Shown here piece by piece: positions 21,955 through 33,607 of a stretch of 64,000 nt of DNA. The notes beneath the pieces are model-generated. The model did not search any database and had not been told where the DNA came from. It worked only from the letters and a program-made list of their open reading frames with translations. The stretch lies in the NCBI GenBank assembly GCA_963829055.1, contig CAWHHI010000016.1, forward strand, positions 928,001 to 992,000, written 5' to 3'. The stretch is from an uncultured Gemmatimonadaceae bacterium. GTDB taxonomy: Bacteria; Gemmatimonadota; Gemmatimonadetes; Gemmatimonadales; Gemmatimonadaceae. Position 1 is the first letter of the stretch; every line of letters starts with the position of its first letter. The position numbers were made by a program, and so were the translations under genes.

Positions 21955-22725
21955 TCAATCAGCGGCGGAGGCGCCCTCACGCGCCGGCGCGGTCGGCGCC
22001 ACACTCTCGATTGCATACAGGTCGCGCATCGCCACGGCCATACGATCCCGCACCAACCGCGACAGACGATTGCGATCCTCGTATGTCAAACCATCAGCCG
22101 GGATCGGCTCGAGAAAGTGAACGTTCACGACGTGCGGCCGGACGAAGAACGAATCGCGCGGCAGCACCTCGATCGTGCCGTGAACGATGGTCGGAACGAT
22201 GGGGACACCGGCGGCGACGGCGAGCACGAACGGCCCCTTCTTGAACTCGCGCAACCGGTAGTCGTAGCCGCGCGTGCCCTCGGGGAAGACGACGACGGAC
22301 GCACCGGCGCGGATGCGCTCAGCCGCCGCGCGGTACGACTCGAATGCAGACTTCCGGTTCTCGCGCTGGATCGGGATCATGCCCGCCGCGCGTGCGGCGC
22401 GCCCGAAAATTGGAACGCGAAACAACTCCGCCTTGCCAATGAATTTGTAGCGCGGCAAAACGGACGCGAGCGCGAGCACGTCGAACCAGCTCACGTGGTT
22501 GCTGACGAAGATGCGCGGGGCTCCGGACTGCATTCGCTCGGCGTTATGCAGCCGAACACGGATGCCCGCAGCCCACATGAGACACGACGCCCACCACCGT
22601 GGCGCGTTGTCGTAGATGCCCCCCTCGCGATCCTTCACGCCGAACAGCGCCGCGATGATGACCATGAAGCCGAAGAGCGGCGTCATGGTGATCGCCGTGA
22701 GAAAGACGAGGAGGGTGCGCATCAT
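21955..22725 (-). CDS. plsC: 1-acyl-sn-glycerol-3-phosphate acyltransferase
   Basis: NHVSWFD (HX4D), FPEGTR and FKKGPF. Confidence 0.92.
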   Translation of the reverse strand: MMRTLLVFLTAITMTPLFGFMVIIAALFGVKDREGGIYDNAPRWWASCLMWAAGIRVRLHNAERMQSGAPRIFVSNHVSWFDVLALASVLPRYKFIGKAELFRVPIFGRAARAAGMIPIQRENRKSAFESYRAAAERIRAGASVVVFPEGTRGYDYRLREFKKGPFVLAVAAGVPIVPTIVHGTIEVLPRDSFFVRPHVVNVHFLEPIPADGLTYEDRNRLSRLVRDRMAVAMRDLYAIESVAPTAPAREGASAAD

Positions 22726-23669
22726 ATTGAAAAGTGGTCGTGACCGGATGGCAGGTCAACGAACCGGCCCTTCGCTGCGATTCTCACCATCCCTTCTCCC
22801 GTACCTGGCGCCGAGGCCGTACCAACCCGTGTCAGCGGAACACCGAACTCGCGTGCGAATGCGTGCTCGTCGATCGCGACGGGCGTCGCGATGAGAAGCT
22901 CGTACTCCTCGCCGCTGTTCGTCGCATCCAATGGCGACGTGCCACGAACGATGGGCATGGCCTCGAGCTCGAGGCAAACATCGACGCGACTCGCCGCCGC
23001 CAAGTGGCGCACGTCGGCCGCGAGTCCGTCCGAGATGTCGATCGCCGCCGTTGCCCCGTGCGCGGCAAGCCACAGCGCCTCGCGAATGCGCGCGGATGGA
23101 CGCGCGAAGCGTTCGCGATGCTCGGGCAATGGGACGCGTCCATGCTCCCACGCGTCGAGCGCGCAGCGGGGTCCACCGAGCGTACCGGTCACGTAAAGCG
23201 TGTCGCCGGCTCGCGCAGCATCTCGACGGAGTGGGTGCGTGGCGAAGCCGAGCACGGTCACCGTGAGCGAAAGCTCGGTGCCGCTCGTGAGGTTGCCGCC
23301 GGTGATCGGCGCGCCAAACGATCGCGATGCGTCGCCGATGCCCTCGGCAATTCCGCCCAGCGCGTCGCGCCAGCGTTCAGGAACGCTCAGCGCGACGAGC
23401 ATCGCGATGGGCGTGGCGGCCATGGCCGCGAGGTCGCTCAGAGCGGCAGTGGCCGCGCGGTAACCTATTTCGGGCGGCTCGAGCCAGGCGCGACGAAAGT
23501 GGACGTTTTCCACTGTCGCGTCCGTGGACGCGACGAGCCGAGTACCGGCGGGGACATCGAGCACGGCAGCGTCGTCGCCGATGCCGCGGGCCGCTGTCCC
23601 CCAGCGACGAACGAGATCGCGAATGACGTCGAACTCGCGGCCGGGGCCGAGCGAAATGCTATCGCTCAC
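22722..23669 (-). CDS. thiL: Thiamine-monophosphate kinase
   Basis: GIGDDAA, HF, SDLAAM, IDISDGL and GEEYELL motifs; GTG start inferred. Confidence 0.92.
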   Translation of the reverse strand: MSDSISLGPGREFDVIRDLVRRWGTAARGIGDDAAVLDVPAGTRLVASTDATVENVHFRRAWLEPPEIGYRAATAALSDLAAMAATPIAMLVALSVPERWRDALGGIAEGIGDASRSFGAPITGGNLTSGTELSLTVTVLGFATHPLRRDAARAGDTLYVTGTLGGPRCALDAWEHGRVPLPEHRERFARPSARIREALWLAAHGATAAIDISDGLAADVRHLAAASRVDVCLELEAMPIVRGTSPLDATNSGEEYELLIATPVAIDEHAFAREFGVPLTRVGTASAPGTGEGMVRIAAKGRFVDLPSGHDHFSI

Positions 23670-25212
23670 TGACGTCGTCTCGGCGTGACCCGATCGGCGG
23701 AAGCACCGCGAGTACGGGCGGGCGCGGCGCCGGAAGTGGTTCGCTCCACACTCGAGCGAGCGCGCCAATGACATCCTCGATGGTCGTGCCGCGCGCGCCG
23801 ACGCCGTCGGCGATCTCCGCGGCGCGCCCATGAACCCACGCCGCGCACGCGGCCGCTTCGAGCGTGTCGTCTATCTGTGCAACGAGCGTCCCGGCGATTC
23901 CGGAAAGGACGTCGCCACTCCCGCCGGTCGCGAGCGCGGGCGTTCCCGTGGCCGAGACGAGGCTTCGTCCGTCGGGCGCGGTAAGCACGGTCGGCACACC
24001 CTTCAGCAAGACGACACAGCCCAACCTCTTCGCGAGGTCACGGCCGGCGTCGAATGGCGAACGGAGCACGTCGTCGACCGAGGTTCCGCTCAGGCGCGAG
24101 AATTCCACTACGTGCGGCGTGATGAGCGCCTTCCTGTCCACGAGGAGCGCGCCGAGTGCGGATGCGTCGCCCTCGTACGCCGTGAGCGCGTCGGCATCGA
24201 TGACCACGGGCCCACGCCATACGTGGAGTATCCGCTCGATGAGCGAGCGCGCCGCGTCGCCGCGACCCAGCCCAGGCCCGATGACCACCGCGTGCGCCCA
24301 GTCGCAAATGGTATCGCGAATCTCCTCGTCGGACTCGGGCCATGGTCGCGTCAGCGCCGCGGGGGCGACGGTTTGCGAGGGGGCGATGCTCGCCGGATCG
24401 ACGACGACGCGCACCATGCCTACGCCGCTTCGAAGCGCAGCTTGTGCCGCGAGAATGCACGCGCCGGCCATCCCGCGAGCGCCACCGACGATCGCGACCC
24501 GCCGACGCTTCCCCTTGTGCGCGTTGGCCGCGATGGCTGGCACGCGCGCCGCCACCCAGCGGTGATCGATCAGCGTTGGCGCACCATCGTCCGGCATAGC
24601 GTGGAGACCGAGACCGATGTCCACGACGACCAGCCGGCCGCACCGCTCACGCCTAACGAGCGCGCCACGCTTCATCGTGCCGAACGTGATCGTGAGATCC
24701 GCCGTCACCGAGACGTCGCCCTCGCCGGTGGACGCGTCGAGCCCACTCGGCACATCGAGCGCGACGACACGCGCGCCGTCGGCGCGCAGCTGAGAGACAC
24801 GCCGGATCGCGTCGGCCACCGCGCCGCGCGGAGCCCCGCTCGAACCGGTGCCGAGGATGCCGTCGACGACGATTTCTTCGCCGCCCGTCGGCGCGCGGTC
24901 ATCGATCAGCGCGCGCGCGAGCTCCCGCTCGGCACGCGCGTCGTCGGTCTTCGTGTCGCCGACTTCAACCATGCGGACACGAATCCCAGCCGCGGCCAAC
25001 GCGCCCGCAACGACCCAGGCATCGCCGCCGTTGTTTCCGGGCCCGGCGAAAATCGCCACGCCGCGCGTCAGGCGGTCGCCGAACTCTCGCGCGATCTCCG
25101 CCGCGGCGGCAGCGCCGGCGCGCTGCATGAGCGCGCGCGATGGAATGCCGCCGTCGATCGCAGCCCGATCGCGAGCAGACGCCTGTGCGGCGGTGACGAC
25201 ATGCACGGTCAT
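23659..25212 (-). CDS. nnr: Bifunctional NAD(P)H-hydrate epimerase/dehydratase
   Basis: GPGNNGGD, DVPSG, HKG, GPGLG, TPH and LATGGSGDVLSG. Confidence 0.95.
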   Translation of the reverse strand: MTVHVVTAAQASARDRAAIDGGIPSRALMQRAGAAAAAEIAREFGDRLTRGVAIFAGPGNNGGDAWVVAGALAAAGIRVRMVEVGDTKTDDARAERELARALIDDRAPTGGEEIVVDGILGTGSSGAPRGAVADAIRRVSQLRADGARVVALDVPSGLDASTGEGDVSVTADLTITFGTMKRGALVRRERCGRLVVVDIGLGLHAMPDDGAPTLIDHRWVAARVPAIAANAHKGKRRRVAIVGGARGMAGACILAAQAALRSGVGMVRVVVDPASIAPSQTVAPAALTRPWPESDEEIRDTICDWAHAVVIGPGLGRGDAARSLIERILHVWRGPVVIDADALTAYEGDASALGALLVDRKALITPHVVEFSRLSGTSVDDVLRSPFDAGRDLAKRLGCVVLLKGVPTVLTAPDGRSLVSATGTPALATGGSGDVLSGIAGTLVAQIDDTLEAAACAAWVHGRAAEIADGVGARGTTIEDVIGALARVWSEPLPAPRPPVLAVLPPIGSRRDDVSER

Positions 25213-25296
25213 GCGGGTGTCGTCAGGCGGAAGTACATCGGGGGCGGCAGATGGTGAAACGGCGGCCTGAGGCCGCCGCTGATCGCCGCGAGTCTT

Positions 25297-25506
25297 CTAT
25301 TTGTGTGACGGACCCACGGACCGACCGAAACTGATCTCGCCGTTGTCGATTCGCAAGTTGAAGCCGCAGTCGGGGTTGCTGCACACCCAGGCCTTGTAGG
25401 TGATTGGCGCGCCATCGCGGCCGTAGTCGCTGAGCGGCAGGAGCGTGCCCTCGCGACACTTTCGGCACATCGGGAGCTCTGTTGGATTCAACGGGTCCTC
25501 CATCAC
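25297..25506 (-). CDS. Small zinc-ribbon-like protein
   Basis: CRKC...CSNPDC cysteine pairs, 69 aa. Confidence 0.65.
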   Translation of the reverse strand: MMEDPLNPTELPMCRKCREGTLLPLSDYGRDGAPITYKAWVCSNPDCGFNLRIDNGEISFGRSVGPSHK

Positions 25507-25560
25507 TTCGCAGTGAGGATCCGGGCACGGCGTGTCGTGGTGACGCCGGGTGAGCGGACG

Positions 25561-25947
25561 CTAGGCCTGACCGGCGCGTCGCCAGGGATAGTCACGCTCG
25601 AACGCCTGATCGAAGCCGAACACATCCGCGAAATCGAGGCGCGAGTCGGTGGGTTGACTGATGAGAAGGCCGAGGTCCACGAGCGTGAACACGACGTCCC
25701 CGAGATCTGCGGTGGAGCGAACGCCCCAGTGATCGAGCACCAGGCGCGCCATGACGCCGTAGCGGTCGAGCGCGAGGTCCCGACAGGCCTCCGCCAGCTC
25801 TCGACCCGTGATGTGCCGCCGCTCCGGGAGACGCGACTGCGAGAACTCGAGCGCCGAGAGAATGAAGAGGTACGCGTGCTCATGGAACCGCGGCTCGCGC
25901 AGGCGAATCTGGTCCATGATACCGTCTCGAAACGCCAACTCCGGCAA
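25561..25947 (-). CDS. Conserved hypothetical protein (Minf_1886-like)
   Basis: AYLF...RHITGRELA...YGVMARLVL.HWGV..T.D.G.VVF.LV; GAGG RBS. Confidence 0.75.
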   Translation of the reverse strand: MPELAFRDGIMDQIRLREPRFHEHAYLFILSALEFSQSRLPERRHITGRELAEACRDLALDRYGVMARLVLDHWGVRSTADLGDVVFTLVDLGLLISQPTDSRLDFADVFGFDQAFERDYPWRRAGQA

Positions 25948-26270
25948 TGCTTATCCTCTGACCAAAGGGTTCGTGTCACTCGGCGCCGCGACACCACGGT
26001 CCGCCCTTGGGAGCCGAGGGCAGGTCCCATGCCCTGCCCGGCTACCCATGGCTAAGATGTGTGCCCGTTCGGCGGGGCACAACTCCCGGAGTCCCGCTGC
26101 GATGACGAGTGACGGCGAGCGAGGGGCACGTTACGGGTGTGATGTCCGTGACGGTCGCGGTCCATCGTCGATTAGGCGAGCCTAACCGCCGGACGTGCCG
26201 TCCCCACACGCGTGTGCTGCCTAACGCGCTGCACGGGTCGATTGCCGAGGGCTCACAGCGCCTGACGCCG

Positions 26271-26289
26271 CGGCTCCGCTCGGAATGAC
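26271..26289. repeat. REP-like element half-copy
   Basis: GCTCCGCTCGGAATGAC is the reverse complement of the GTCATTCCGAGCG motif at 33575 and 36422. Confidence 0.5.
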
Positions 26290-26295
26290 CTCGCG

Positions 26296-27648
26296 TCACG
26301 ACGCCGCGACGACAGGTGCCGGGTAGAGCGGGAATGCCGACGTCAGCTCCCGCACATCCGCGCGCACGCGCTCCGAGACGCTCGCGTCGTCCGGCGACTG
26401 CAGCGCCGTATCGATCAACTCCGCGATGCGCTCCATGTCCGCCTCCTTCATGCCGCGCGTCGTCACGGCTGCCGTGCCGATGCGCACGCCGCTCGTCACG
26501 AACGGCGACTGCGTCTCCTTCGGGACCGTGTTCTTGTTCACCGTGATGCCCGCGCGATCGAGCGCCTGCTCGGCCACCTTGCCCGTCAGTCCCTTGCTGC
26601 GAAGGTCGACCAGCATCAGGTGGTTGTCGGTTCCACCCGACACGATGTGAAATCCACGCGCCATGAGTGCCGCGGCCAGCGCTCGCGCATTCGCGATGAC
26701 CTGGGCCGCGTAGTCCTTGAACGACGGGTGGAGCGCTTCCTTCATCGCGACCGCTTTCGCCGCGATCACGTGCTCCAACGGTCCGCCCTGCAGGCCCGGG
26801 AACACCGCCTTGTCGATCGCCTTCGCGTGCTGCGCCTTGCACAGAATGAGTCCACCACGCGGTCCGCGCAGCGTCTTGTGCGTCGTCGTGGTGACGACGT
26901 CCGCGTGCGGAACAGGGGATGGATACACGCCGGCGGCCACGAGTCCGGCGAAGTGCGCCATGTCCACCATGAAGATCGCGCCGACCTCGCGGGCGACGTC
27001 GGCGAAGTACGCGAAGTCGATGACGCGCGAGTATGCACTGTATCCGGCGATGATCATCTTCGGCCGATGCTCGAGCGCCAGCGCGCGCACCGACTCGTAG
27101 TCGATCAGACCCTCCTCGTTCACCTTGTACGACACCGGGCGGTACAGGATGCCGGAGAAGTTCACCGGCGACCCATGCGTTAGGTGCCCGCCATTCGACA
27201 GGTCCATGCCGAGGAACGTCTCGCCCGGCTTGAGGAACGCGAGGAACGCGGCGGCGTTCGCCTGCGCACCCGAGTGTGGCTGCACGTTCGCGTGCTCGGC
27301 GCCGAACAGTTGCTTCGCGCGGTCGATCGCGATCTGCTCCACCTGGTCAACGAACTCGCAGCCACCGTAGTAGCGCTTGCCGGGCAGGCCTTCCGCATAC
27401 TTGTTCGTCAGCGGCGAGCCCATCGCTTCGAGCACGGCGGGCGAGACGAAGTTCTCGCTCGCGATGAGCTCGAGGCCATCGTTCTGGCGTTCGATCTCGC
27501 GGTCGATCAGACGAGAGATGTCCGGGTCGGCGTCACGAAGCGCCGAACCCGGCGGACAACGATCCCATTCCGACCAGGTGATCATCCCGTTGTCTCCTGA
27601 ACCTCGGTGATTGGTGCGACCGGTGCGATCGGTGTCCTGTTTGCTCAT
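26296..27648 (-). CDS. glyA: Serine hydroxymethyltransferase
   Basis: [27 protein letters not shown] and [14 protein letters not shown]. Confidence 0.98.
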   Translation of the reverse strand: MSKQDTDRTGRTNHRGSGDNGMITWSEWDRCPPGSALRDADPDISRLIDREIERQNDGLELIASENFVSPAVLEAMGSPLTNKYAEGLPGKRYYGGCEFVDQVEQIAIDRAKQLFGAEHANVQPHSGAQANAAAFLAFLKPGETFLGMDLSNGGHLTHGSPVNFSGILYRPVSYKVNEEGLIDYESVRALALEHRPKMIIAGYSAYSRVIDFAYFADVAREVGAIFMVDMAHFAGLVAAGVYPSPVPHADVVTTTTHKTLRGPRGGLILCKAQHAKAIDKAVFPGLQGGPLEHVIAAKAVAMKEALHPSFKDYAAQVIANARALAAALMARGFHIVSGGTDNHLMLVDLRSKGLTGKVAEQALDRAGITVNKNTVPKETQSPFVTSGVRIGTAAVTTRGMKEADMERIAELIDTALQSPDDASVSERVRADVRELTSAFPLYPAPVVAAS

Positions 27649-28760
27649 GCTTCGCGCGGGAACGGCGGCCACGTGCGCACGAGCGATCCGACGGCCTTCA
27701 GGCGCCGCTCGGCGAGGCGATCGGCAGCGACGTACGTCGGAATGGACTGCTCGCGCGCCAATTCGAAGACACCGAGCAACGTGTCGTAGATCTCGTCGGC
27801 CTTTCGAAGCGAGCGCTCGCGCGTCCACCCGGCGAGCTCACTGTATACGTTGATCACGCCACCGGCGTTCGCGACGTAGTCCGGCGCGTAGAGGATACCC
27901 TTGGCCTCGAGCTCTTCGCCGTGCCGCTCTTCCAGGAGCTGGTTGTTCGCGCCGCCCGACACGATCTCGACGCGGAGCTTCGGCATCGTCTTGTCGTTGA
28001 TGATGCCGCCGAGCGCGCACGGCGCGAAGATGTCGGCCTTCGTGCCGAAGATCTCGTCGTGCTCCACGGCCTGCGCTCCGAACTCATCGACCACGCGCTT
28101 CACCCGCGACGCGTCGATGTCCGTGACGATCAGGCGTGCACGCGCGGCGTGGAGCTCCTTGCACAGATAGTAGCCGACGTGGCCGAGCCCCTGCACCGCG
28201 ATCGTCTTACCTTCGAGCGAGTCCGAGCCCCAGCGATGCTTCGCCGACGCCTGAATCGAGCGGAACACGCCGTGCGCTGTCACGGGCGACGGGTCGCCGG
28301 ACTTGTTGGCGAGACCGGTGACGTACTTGGTCTCCATGTGCACGAAGTCCATGTCCGCCGTGCTCGTGCCGACATCCTCGGCGGTGATGTAGCGGCCGCC
28401 TAACGAATCGACGAACCGGCCGTGGGCGCGGAACGTCATCTCGCGCTTCGTGCTCCGGTTGTCGCCGATGATGACGGACTTGCCGCCGCCCAGGTTCAGG
28501 CCGGCCACCGCGTTCTTGTACGTCATCCCGCGCGAGAGGCGAAGGGCGTCGATGATGGCCTCCTCATCGCTCGCATAGTGCCAGAACCGCGCGCCGCCGA
28601 GCGCCGGGCCGAGCGTCGTATCGTGAATGGCGATGACGCCCCGATAGCCGCTCGATTTGTCGTGACACATCACGACCTGCTCGTGGCCCATCTCGGCCAT
28701 GGTGTCGAACAGCGCGAGGGAGCCCGTGGGCGTGGCGTCTATGGTTGCGAGAGAAGACAT
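27645..28760 (-). CDS. Glu/Leu/Phe/Val dehydrogenase (leucine dehydrogenase-like)
   Basis: [34 protein letters not shown] and PDYVANAGG. Confidence 0.95.
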   Translation of the reverse strand: MSSLATIDATPTGSLALFDTMAEMGHEQVVMCHDKSSGYRGVIAIHDTTLGPALGGARFWHYASDEEAIIDALRLSRGMTYKNAVAGLNLGGGKSVIIGDNRSTKREMTFRAHGRFVDSLGGRYITAEDVGTSTADMDFVHMETKYVTGLANKSGDPSPVTAHGVFRSIQASAKHRWGSDSLEGKTIAVQGLGHVGYYLCKELHAARARLIVTDIDASRVKRVVDEFGAQAVEHDEIFGTKADIFAPCALGGIINDKTMPKLRVEIVSGGANNQLLEERHGEELEAKGILYAPDYVANAGGVINVYSELAGWTRERSLRKADEIYDTLLGVFELAREQSIPTYVAADRLAERRLKAVGSLVRTWPPFPREA

Positions 28761-28812
28761 GGCGGTGAGAATGGGAGAGGGTGAGCGGGCGCGTTCGTCA
28801 GAACAGCGATCA

Positions 28813-29977
28813 TCAGGACTGCGCGTAGAGCTCTCGCGCGATCACGATGCGCTGGATCTCGGACGTGCCTTCGTACAACTCGGTGACCTTCGCGTCGCGG
28901 AACAAACGTTCGACGGGATACTCCTTCACGTAGCCGTAGCCGCCGAAGATCTGCACTGCTTCGGTGGTGACGTACATCGCCGTCTCGCTCGCGAGCAGCT
29001 TGCTCATCGCGCTGAACTGCGTGATGGGCTCGTCGCGATCCTTCGCGGCGGCGGCCGAATACAGCAGCGCGCGTGACGCGGTAACGCGCGTCGCCATGTC
29101 GGCGAGCTTGAACTGGATCGCCTGGAACTCCTTGATCGGCCGATTGAACTGGCGCCGTTCAGCCGCGTAACGCGTCGCGTGCTCGAGCGCCGATCGCGCG
29201 ATGCCGACCGCCTGCGCGGCAATGCCAAGCCGGCCGTTGTCGAGCGACTGCATGGCGTAGATGAAGCCCGAATGCTGATCACCGAGCAGGTTCGCCGCGG
29301 GAACGCGCAGGTTCTCGAAGTGCAGCTGCACCGTCGGCGACGCGCGAAGCCCGAGCTTCGTCCTCCTTCTTGCCGACGTGAAAGCCCGGCAGGTCAGGGG
29401 TGATGATGAACGTGCCGATACCGCGCGCGCCGCGACGATCGTTAGGCGTGTCGGTGCGAGCCATCGCCAGAATCACGTCGGCGTGGCTGCCGCTCGTGAC
29501 CCATGCCTTCGTGCCGTTCAGCACCCAGCAGTCGCCGTCGCGCACTGCCTGCGTGCGCAGTGCCGCGGCGTCGGAGCCGGCCTCGGGCTCGGAGAGCGCG
29601 AAGGCGCCTAACCATTCGCCGCGCGCCATCGGCTTGAGGAACTGCTCCTTCTGCTCGTCGTTGCCGTAGCGCAGGATCATCTGCGTCGGCAGCGAGTTGT
29701 GCACGCTCATGAGCACCGCGACCGACGCATCGACGGCCGCGATCTCCTCGAGCGCGACGAGGTACGTCCGCGTATCGAGGCCGAGTCCGTCGTACTCCTC
29801 CGGAATGAGCATGCCGAGGAATCCGAGCGCGCCCAGCTTGCCCGCGATCGCCTCGTCGTACGCTTCAGCGCGATCCCACGCGTCGGAGTGCGGCGCGATC
29901 TCGGCCTTCGCGAAGTCGCGCGCCGTACGCTGGATCTCGCGCTGTTCTTCGGTCAGAGGAATGAGAGCCCAGGACAT
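28813..29977 (-). CDS. Acyl-CoA dehydrogenase (frameshift near 29360)
   Basis: ALSEPEAGSD, NGTKAWVT, RRQF, FQAIQFKLADM, GGYGY and YEGTSEIQR. Confidence 0.95.
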
Positions 29978-29980
29978 ACG

Positions 29981-30835
29981 TCAGGCCGTGCCGTACTTGT
30001 AGAAACCGCGGCCGGTCTTCCGGCCGAGCCATCCGGCCGCGACGTACTTCTTGAGCAGTGGGCACGGGCGGTACTTCGGGTCACCGAGGCCCTCGTGCAT
30101 CACCTCGAGAATCGCGACGCAGGTATCGAGTCCAATGAGGTCCGCGAGCGCGAGCGGGCCCATCGGGTGATTCATGCCGAGCTTCATGACCTGGTCGATC
30201 GCCTCGGGCGTCCCGACGTCCTCCATGAGCGCGAAGCACGCCTCGTTGATCATCGGCAGCAGGATGCGGTTGGCGACGAAGCCGGGGAAGTCGTTCACCT
30301 CCACGGGCGTCTTGCCGAGGCGCGTCGCGAGGTCCATCACGCGACGTGTGGTTTCGTCGGACGTCGCCAGACCGCGGATGACTTCGACGAGCTGCATGAC
30401 CGGAACGGGATTCATGAAGTGCATGCCGATCACCTGCTCGGGGCGCTTGGTCTGCGCCCCGATGCGGGTGATGGAGATCGAGCTCGTGTTGCTCGCGAGG
30501 ATCGCGCCAGCGGGGGCGATCCGGTCCAGATCGGCGAACAGACGGAACTTGAGGTCCGTGTTTTCCGTCGCCGCTTCGACCACGACAGTGGCATTGCCGA
30601 CGCCGCCCAGGTCGGTGCTCGTCGCGATGCGGCCTAACGCCGCCTGCCGATCGTCGGCCGAGAGGGCATTCTTCTTCACCTGCCGGTCCATGTTCTTCTC
30701 GATCGTCTCGCGGCCGCGACGGAGCGCGTCCTCCGAAACGTCGATCATGGTGACCGGGATGCCCGATTGCGCGAACACGTGCGCGATGCCGTTCCCCATC
30801 TGCCCCGCCCCGATGACCGCGACGCGGTCCGTCAT
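29981..30835 (-). CDS. hbd: 3-hydroxybutyryl-CoA dehydrogenase
   Basis: [28 protein letters not shown] and GRKTGRGFY. Confidence 0.93.
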   Translation of the reverse strand: MTDRVAVIGAGQMGNGIAHVFAQSGIPVTMIDVSEDALRRGRETIEKNMDRQVKKNALSADDRQAALGRIATSTDLGGVGNATVVVEAATENTDLKFRLFADLDRIAPAGAILASNTSSISITRIGAQTKRPEQVIGMHFMNPVPVMQLVEVIRGLATSDETTRRVMDLATRLGKTPVEVNDFPGFVANRILLPMINEACFALMEDVGTPEAIDQVMKLGMNHPMGPLALADLIGLDTCVAILEVMHEGLGDPKYRPCPLLKKYVAAGWLGRKTGRGFYKYGTA

Positions 30836-30836
30836 G

Positions 30837-31700
30837 CTATGGCTCCTCGCGGCGCCTGCGCCGCACGTAGAGGTACAACGTTCCCGACACCAGACCTAGC
30901 GCCGCGGGGAGCCCACCCTCGGGACCCCAGACACCGCCGGTCGCCCAATCCGGACCGGCGTCCACGACGCGATAGTCCGGCGTGGTGAACGGAATGCCGC
31001 TCACAGCACTGTGCAACACGCCCGCCAACACCCAATTCCACGCCAGGTGCGCGGCGAACGCAGCCCACAGGCTCTGCGTCGCGACGAGCACCGCGCCCAG
31101 GAACACACCCGCCAGCACGACCACGGAGATCGACGAGAGCGTCGCGCCCGCATTCTGCAGATGAACGAGCCCGAACACCACGCTCGTCATGCCTAACGCC
31201 GCCGGCGTTCCCCACCACTCCTGCAACACGGTGAACGCGTAGCCGCGAAACAGCATCTCCTCCCAGAGCGCCGCCGGGGCCAGGAACAGCGCCATCGCCA
31301 CTCCGGCGACGATCCAGCTGCCCGCGGGTTCGGGCACAACGCGAAGCCATCCGGCCGCCAGTAGCGGAAGCGATGGAACTCCAATCGCGGCCGCTCCGAG
31401 CACTGTCGCGAGCGCGATTGGACGAAGTCGCGCCGAGCCCGCGCCAAGCTTCACCGCTTCCCACCCCCGTGGCTCGACCCACCGAAACGTCAGCAGGTGG
31501 CCCATCACGACAGACGCGAGGAGCGCCCACGGGAACAGCACGACCCGCACACCAGCGAGCGCCAGGACCCAGCTCACGAGCGGCACCACCGCGCCGTTGA
31601 TCACGATCAACGACAGTATGATCGAGGCGGCGAAGATCGCGAGTCGCCACGGAGGCCGAAGCGTGCCCTTGGAGTCCCAAAAAAAATCGCGCGCCGTCAA
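30837..31700 (-). CDS. CPBP (Abi/CAAX) family intramembrane metalloprotease
   Basis: [13 protein letters not shown] and AHLAWN motifs with multiple TMs. Confidence 0.9.
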   Translation of the reverse strand: MTARDFFWDSKGTLRPPWRLAIFAASIILSLIVINGAVVPLVSWVLALAGVRVVLFPWALLASVVMGHLLTFRWVEPRGWEAVKLGAGSARLRPIALATVLGAAAIGVPSLPLLAAGWLRVVPEPAGSWIVAGVAMALFLAPAALWEEMLFRGYAFTVLQEWWGTPAALGMTSVVFGLVHLQNAGATLSSISVVVLAGVFLGAVLVATQSLWAAFAAHLAWNWVLAGVLHSAVSGIPFTTPDYRVVDAGPDWATGGVWGPEGGLPAALGLVSGTLYLYVRRRRREEP

Positions 31701-32275
31701 ACAGGCGCGCGAACGGTCGATTTCGGAACCAGCAGGGCGGCGACGAGAGCCTTGACCGCGTCGAGCGGGAGAAACGGGTGAATCGCGAGCGGCAACGCCT
31801 GAGCGAGACCACCGGAGATCACCGCGAGCTGAGCGAGGCCACCCAGCAGCAGAACGGTCGTCCCGGCGAGAGCAGCGACCCATCGCCCAAGCAACGTGCT
31901 CGTGCGTCGTGCGAGCGCGCCGGACACGAACGCCGCTACGGGATACGCGAACAGGTATCCACCCGTAGGGCCGAGAAAGCGGGCGATTCCGGGCGCGCCG
32001 AACGGCGAAAACACTGGAAGGCCTAACGCGCCGGCGACCAGGTACAGCACCATGCTCGCTGCGCCGGCGACCGGCCCGAGCCACATGCCAGCAAGGACGA
32101 CGACGAGCGGCTGCAGTGTGATGGGCACCGGCGTTCCCGGAATCGGCAACGCGACCTGCGACGCGAGCGCAAGCGCGATGGCGAAGCCGGCGATGCCGAT
32201 TGCGGTGACGCTCGCGGGGCGCGTGACAGCGAGCGTACCGGCGCTCGTGCTGGTCCTGCCGGTGTTGCTCGTCAT
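31697..32275 (-). CDS. bioY: Biotin transporter BioY
   Basis: [26 protein letters not shown] and PFLPLDAVK. Confidence 0.92.
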   Translation of the reverse strand: MTSNTGRTSTSAGTLAVTRPASVTAIGIAGFAIALALASQVALPIPGTPVPITLQPLVVVLAGMWLGPVAGAASMVLYLVAGALGLPVFSPFGAPGIARFLGPTGGYLFAYPVAAFVSGALARRTSTLLGRWVAALAGTTVLLLGGLAQLAVISGGLAQALPLAIHPFLPLDAVKALVAALLVPKSTVRAPV

Positions 32276-33486
32276 CAGTTCACGCGCTCCACGCTGAGGG
32301 CCACCGCGTCTCCGCCGCCGAGGCAGAGCGTCGCCAGGCCACGTTCCTTGTCGCGATCCTCGAGAGCGTACAGCAACGTCGTGAGCACGCGCGCGCCGCT
32401 CGCGCCGATCGGGTGGCCGAGCGCGATCGCGCCGCCGTTCACGTTCACGCGATCCCAATCCCATTCCAGCTGATCACCATCCGCCAGCGCCTGCGATGCG
32501 AACGCCTCGTTCGCTTCGATCAGGTCGAAATCATTGATCGACAACCCGGACTTTGCCATCAGCTTGCGCACCGCGAGCACCGGCGCGAAGAACAGTTCCT
32601 GCGGAGCGACGGCGCCGGTTCCGTAGCCCGTGACGCGCGCCATGATCGTTAGGCCGTGTGCGCGCGCATACTCCTCGCTCGTGACCACGAGCGCAGCGGC
32701 GCCATCGTTGAGCCCCGGTGCATTTCCGGCGGTCACCGTGAGACCGTCCGTCGAGCCGGACTTCGGCGGGAACGCGGGTCGGAGCTTCGCGAGCGCCTCG
32801 AGCGACGTGTCCTTTCGTGGTCCCTCGTCGGTGTCGACGGTCGTCGGTCCCTTTCGCCCCGGGATCTGCACGGGGACGATCTCGGCTTTGAACTTCCCTG
32901 CCTCGATCGCGGCGACAGCCCGCTGGTGCGACGTGAGCGCGAACTGGTCCTGACGCTCACGCGTGATCTCGGCCTTCCGCGCCGTGTACTCGGCGTGCGA
33001 GCCCATGTGTACGTCGCAGAACGAACACCAGAGTCCGTCCTTGATCATACCATCGACGAGCGTCTGATCGCCCGCCTTCACGCCATTGCGCATGCCGTAC
33101 ATGTAGTACGGTGCGTTGGACATTGATTCCTGTCCGCCGGCGATGATGACGTCGAGGTCGCCGGCCTTGATCGCCTGCGAGGCAAGCATCACCGCCTGCA
33201 GTCCGGAACCGCAGACCTTGTTGATCGTTGTGGCCGAGACGGACGACGGAACGCCGGACTTGAGCGCGGCCTGGCGAGCGGGAGCCTGACCTACCCCGCC
33301 CTGAATGACGTTGCCCATGATGACTTCTTCAATGTCATCGATGTTCACGCCCGAGCGACGCACAGCCTCGCGGATGGCGATGGCGCCGAGCTCTGGCGCG
33401 GTGAGCGGCGAAAGACCGCCGAGAAATCGCCCAATGGGCGTGCGAGTCGCCGCGACGATGACCGGCGTGCGAGATGTATCAGCCAT
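32275..33486 (-). CDS. Acetyl-CoA C-acetyltransferase (thiolase)
   Basis: [20 protein letters not shown] and LCLGGG. Confidence 0.97.
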   Translation of the reverse strand: MADTSRTPVIVAATRTPIGRFLGGLSPLTAPELGAIAIREAVRRSGVNIDDIEEVIMGNVIQGGVGQAPARQAALKSGVPSSVSATTINKVCGSGLQAVMLASQAIKAGDLDVIIAGGQESMSNAPYYMYGMRNGVKAGDQTLVDGMIKDGLWCSFCDVHMGSHAEYTARKAEITRERQDQFALTSHQRAVAAIEAGKFKAEIVPVQIPGRKGPTTVDTDEGPRKDTSLEALAKLRPAFPPKSGSTDGLTVTAGNAPGLNDGAAALVVTSEEYARAHGLTIMARVTGYGTGAVAPQELFFAPVLAVRKLMAKSGLSINDFDLIEANEAFASQALADGDQLEWDWDRVNVNGGAIALGHPIGASGARVLTTLLYALEDRDKERGLATLCLGGGDAVALSVERVN

Positions 33487-33502
33487 GAAAGCGAGTCTCT
33501 AG

Positions 33503-33534
33503 AAAAAGGGGCTGACGCACGTGGCGTCAGCCCC
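33503..33534 (-). terminator. Intrinsic terminator downstream of the TonB-dependent receptor
   Basis: GGGGCTGACGC/GCGTCAGCCCC stem followed by TTTTT on the minus strand. Confidence 0.8.
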
Positions 33535-33574
33535 AGAAAGCTATTGAGAAGGTCAAGCGTCTGGAATCGCTGTC

Positions 33575-33599
33575 GTCATTCCGAGCGAAGTCGAGGAAC
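33575..33599. repeat. REP-like element partial copy
   Basis: GTCATTCCGAGCGAAGTCGAGGAAC matches the copies at 36422 and 36440. Confidence 0.55.
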
Positions 33600-33607
33600 G
33601 ACAACCG

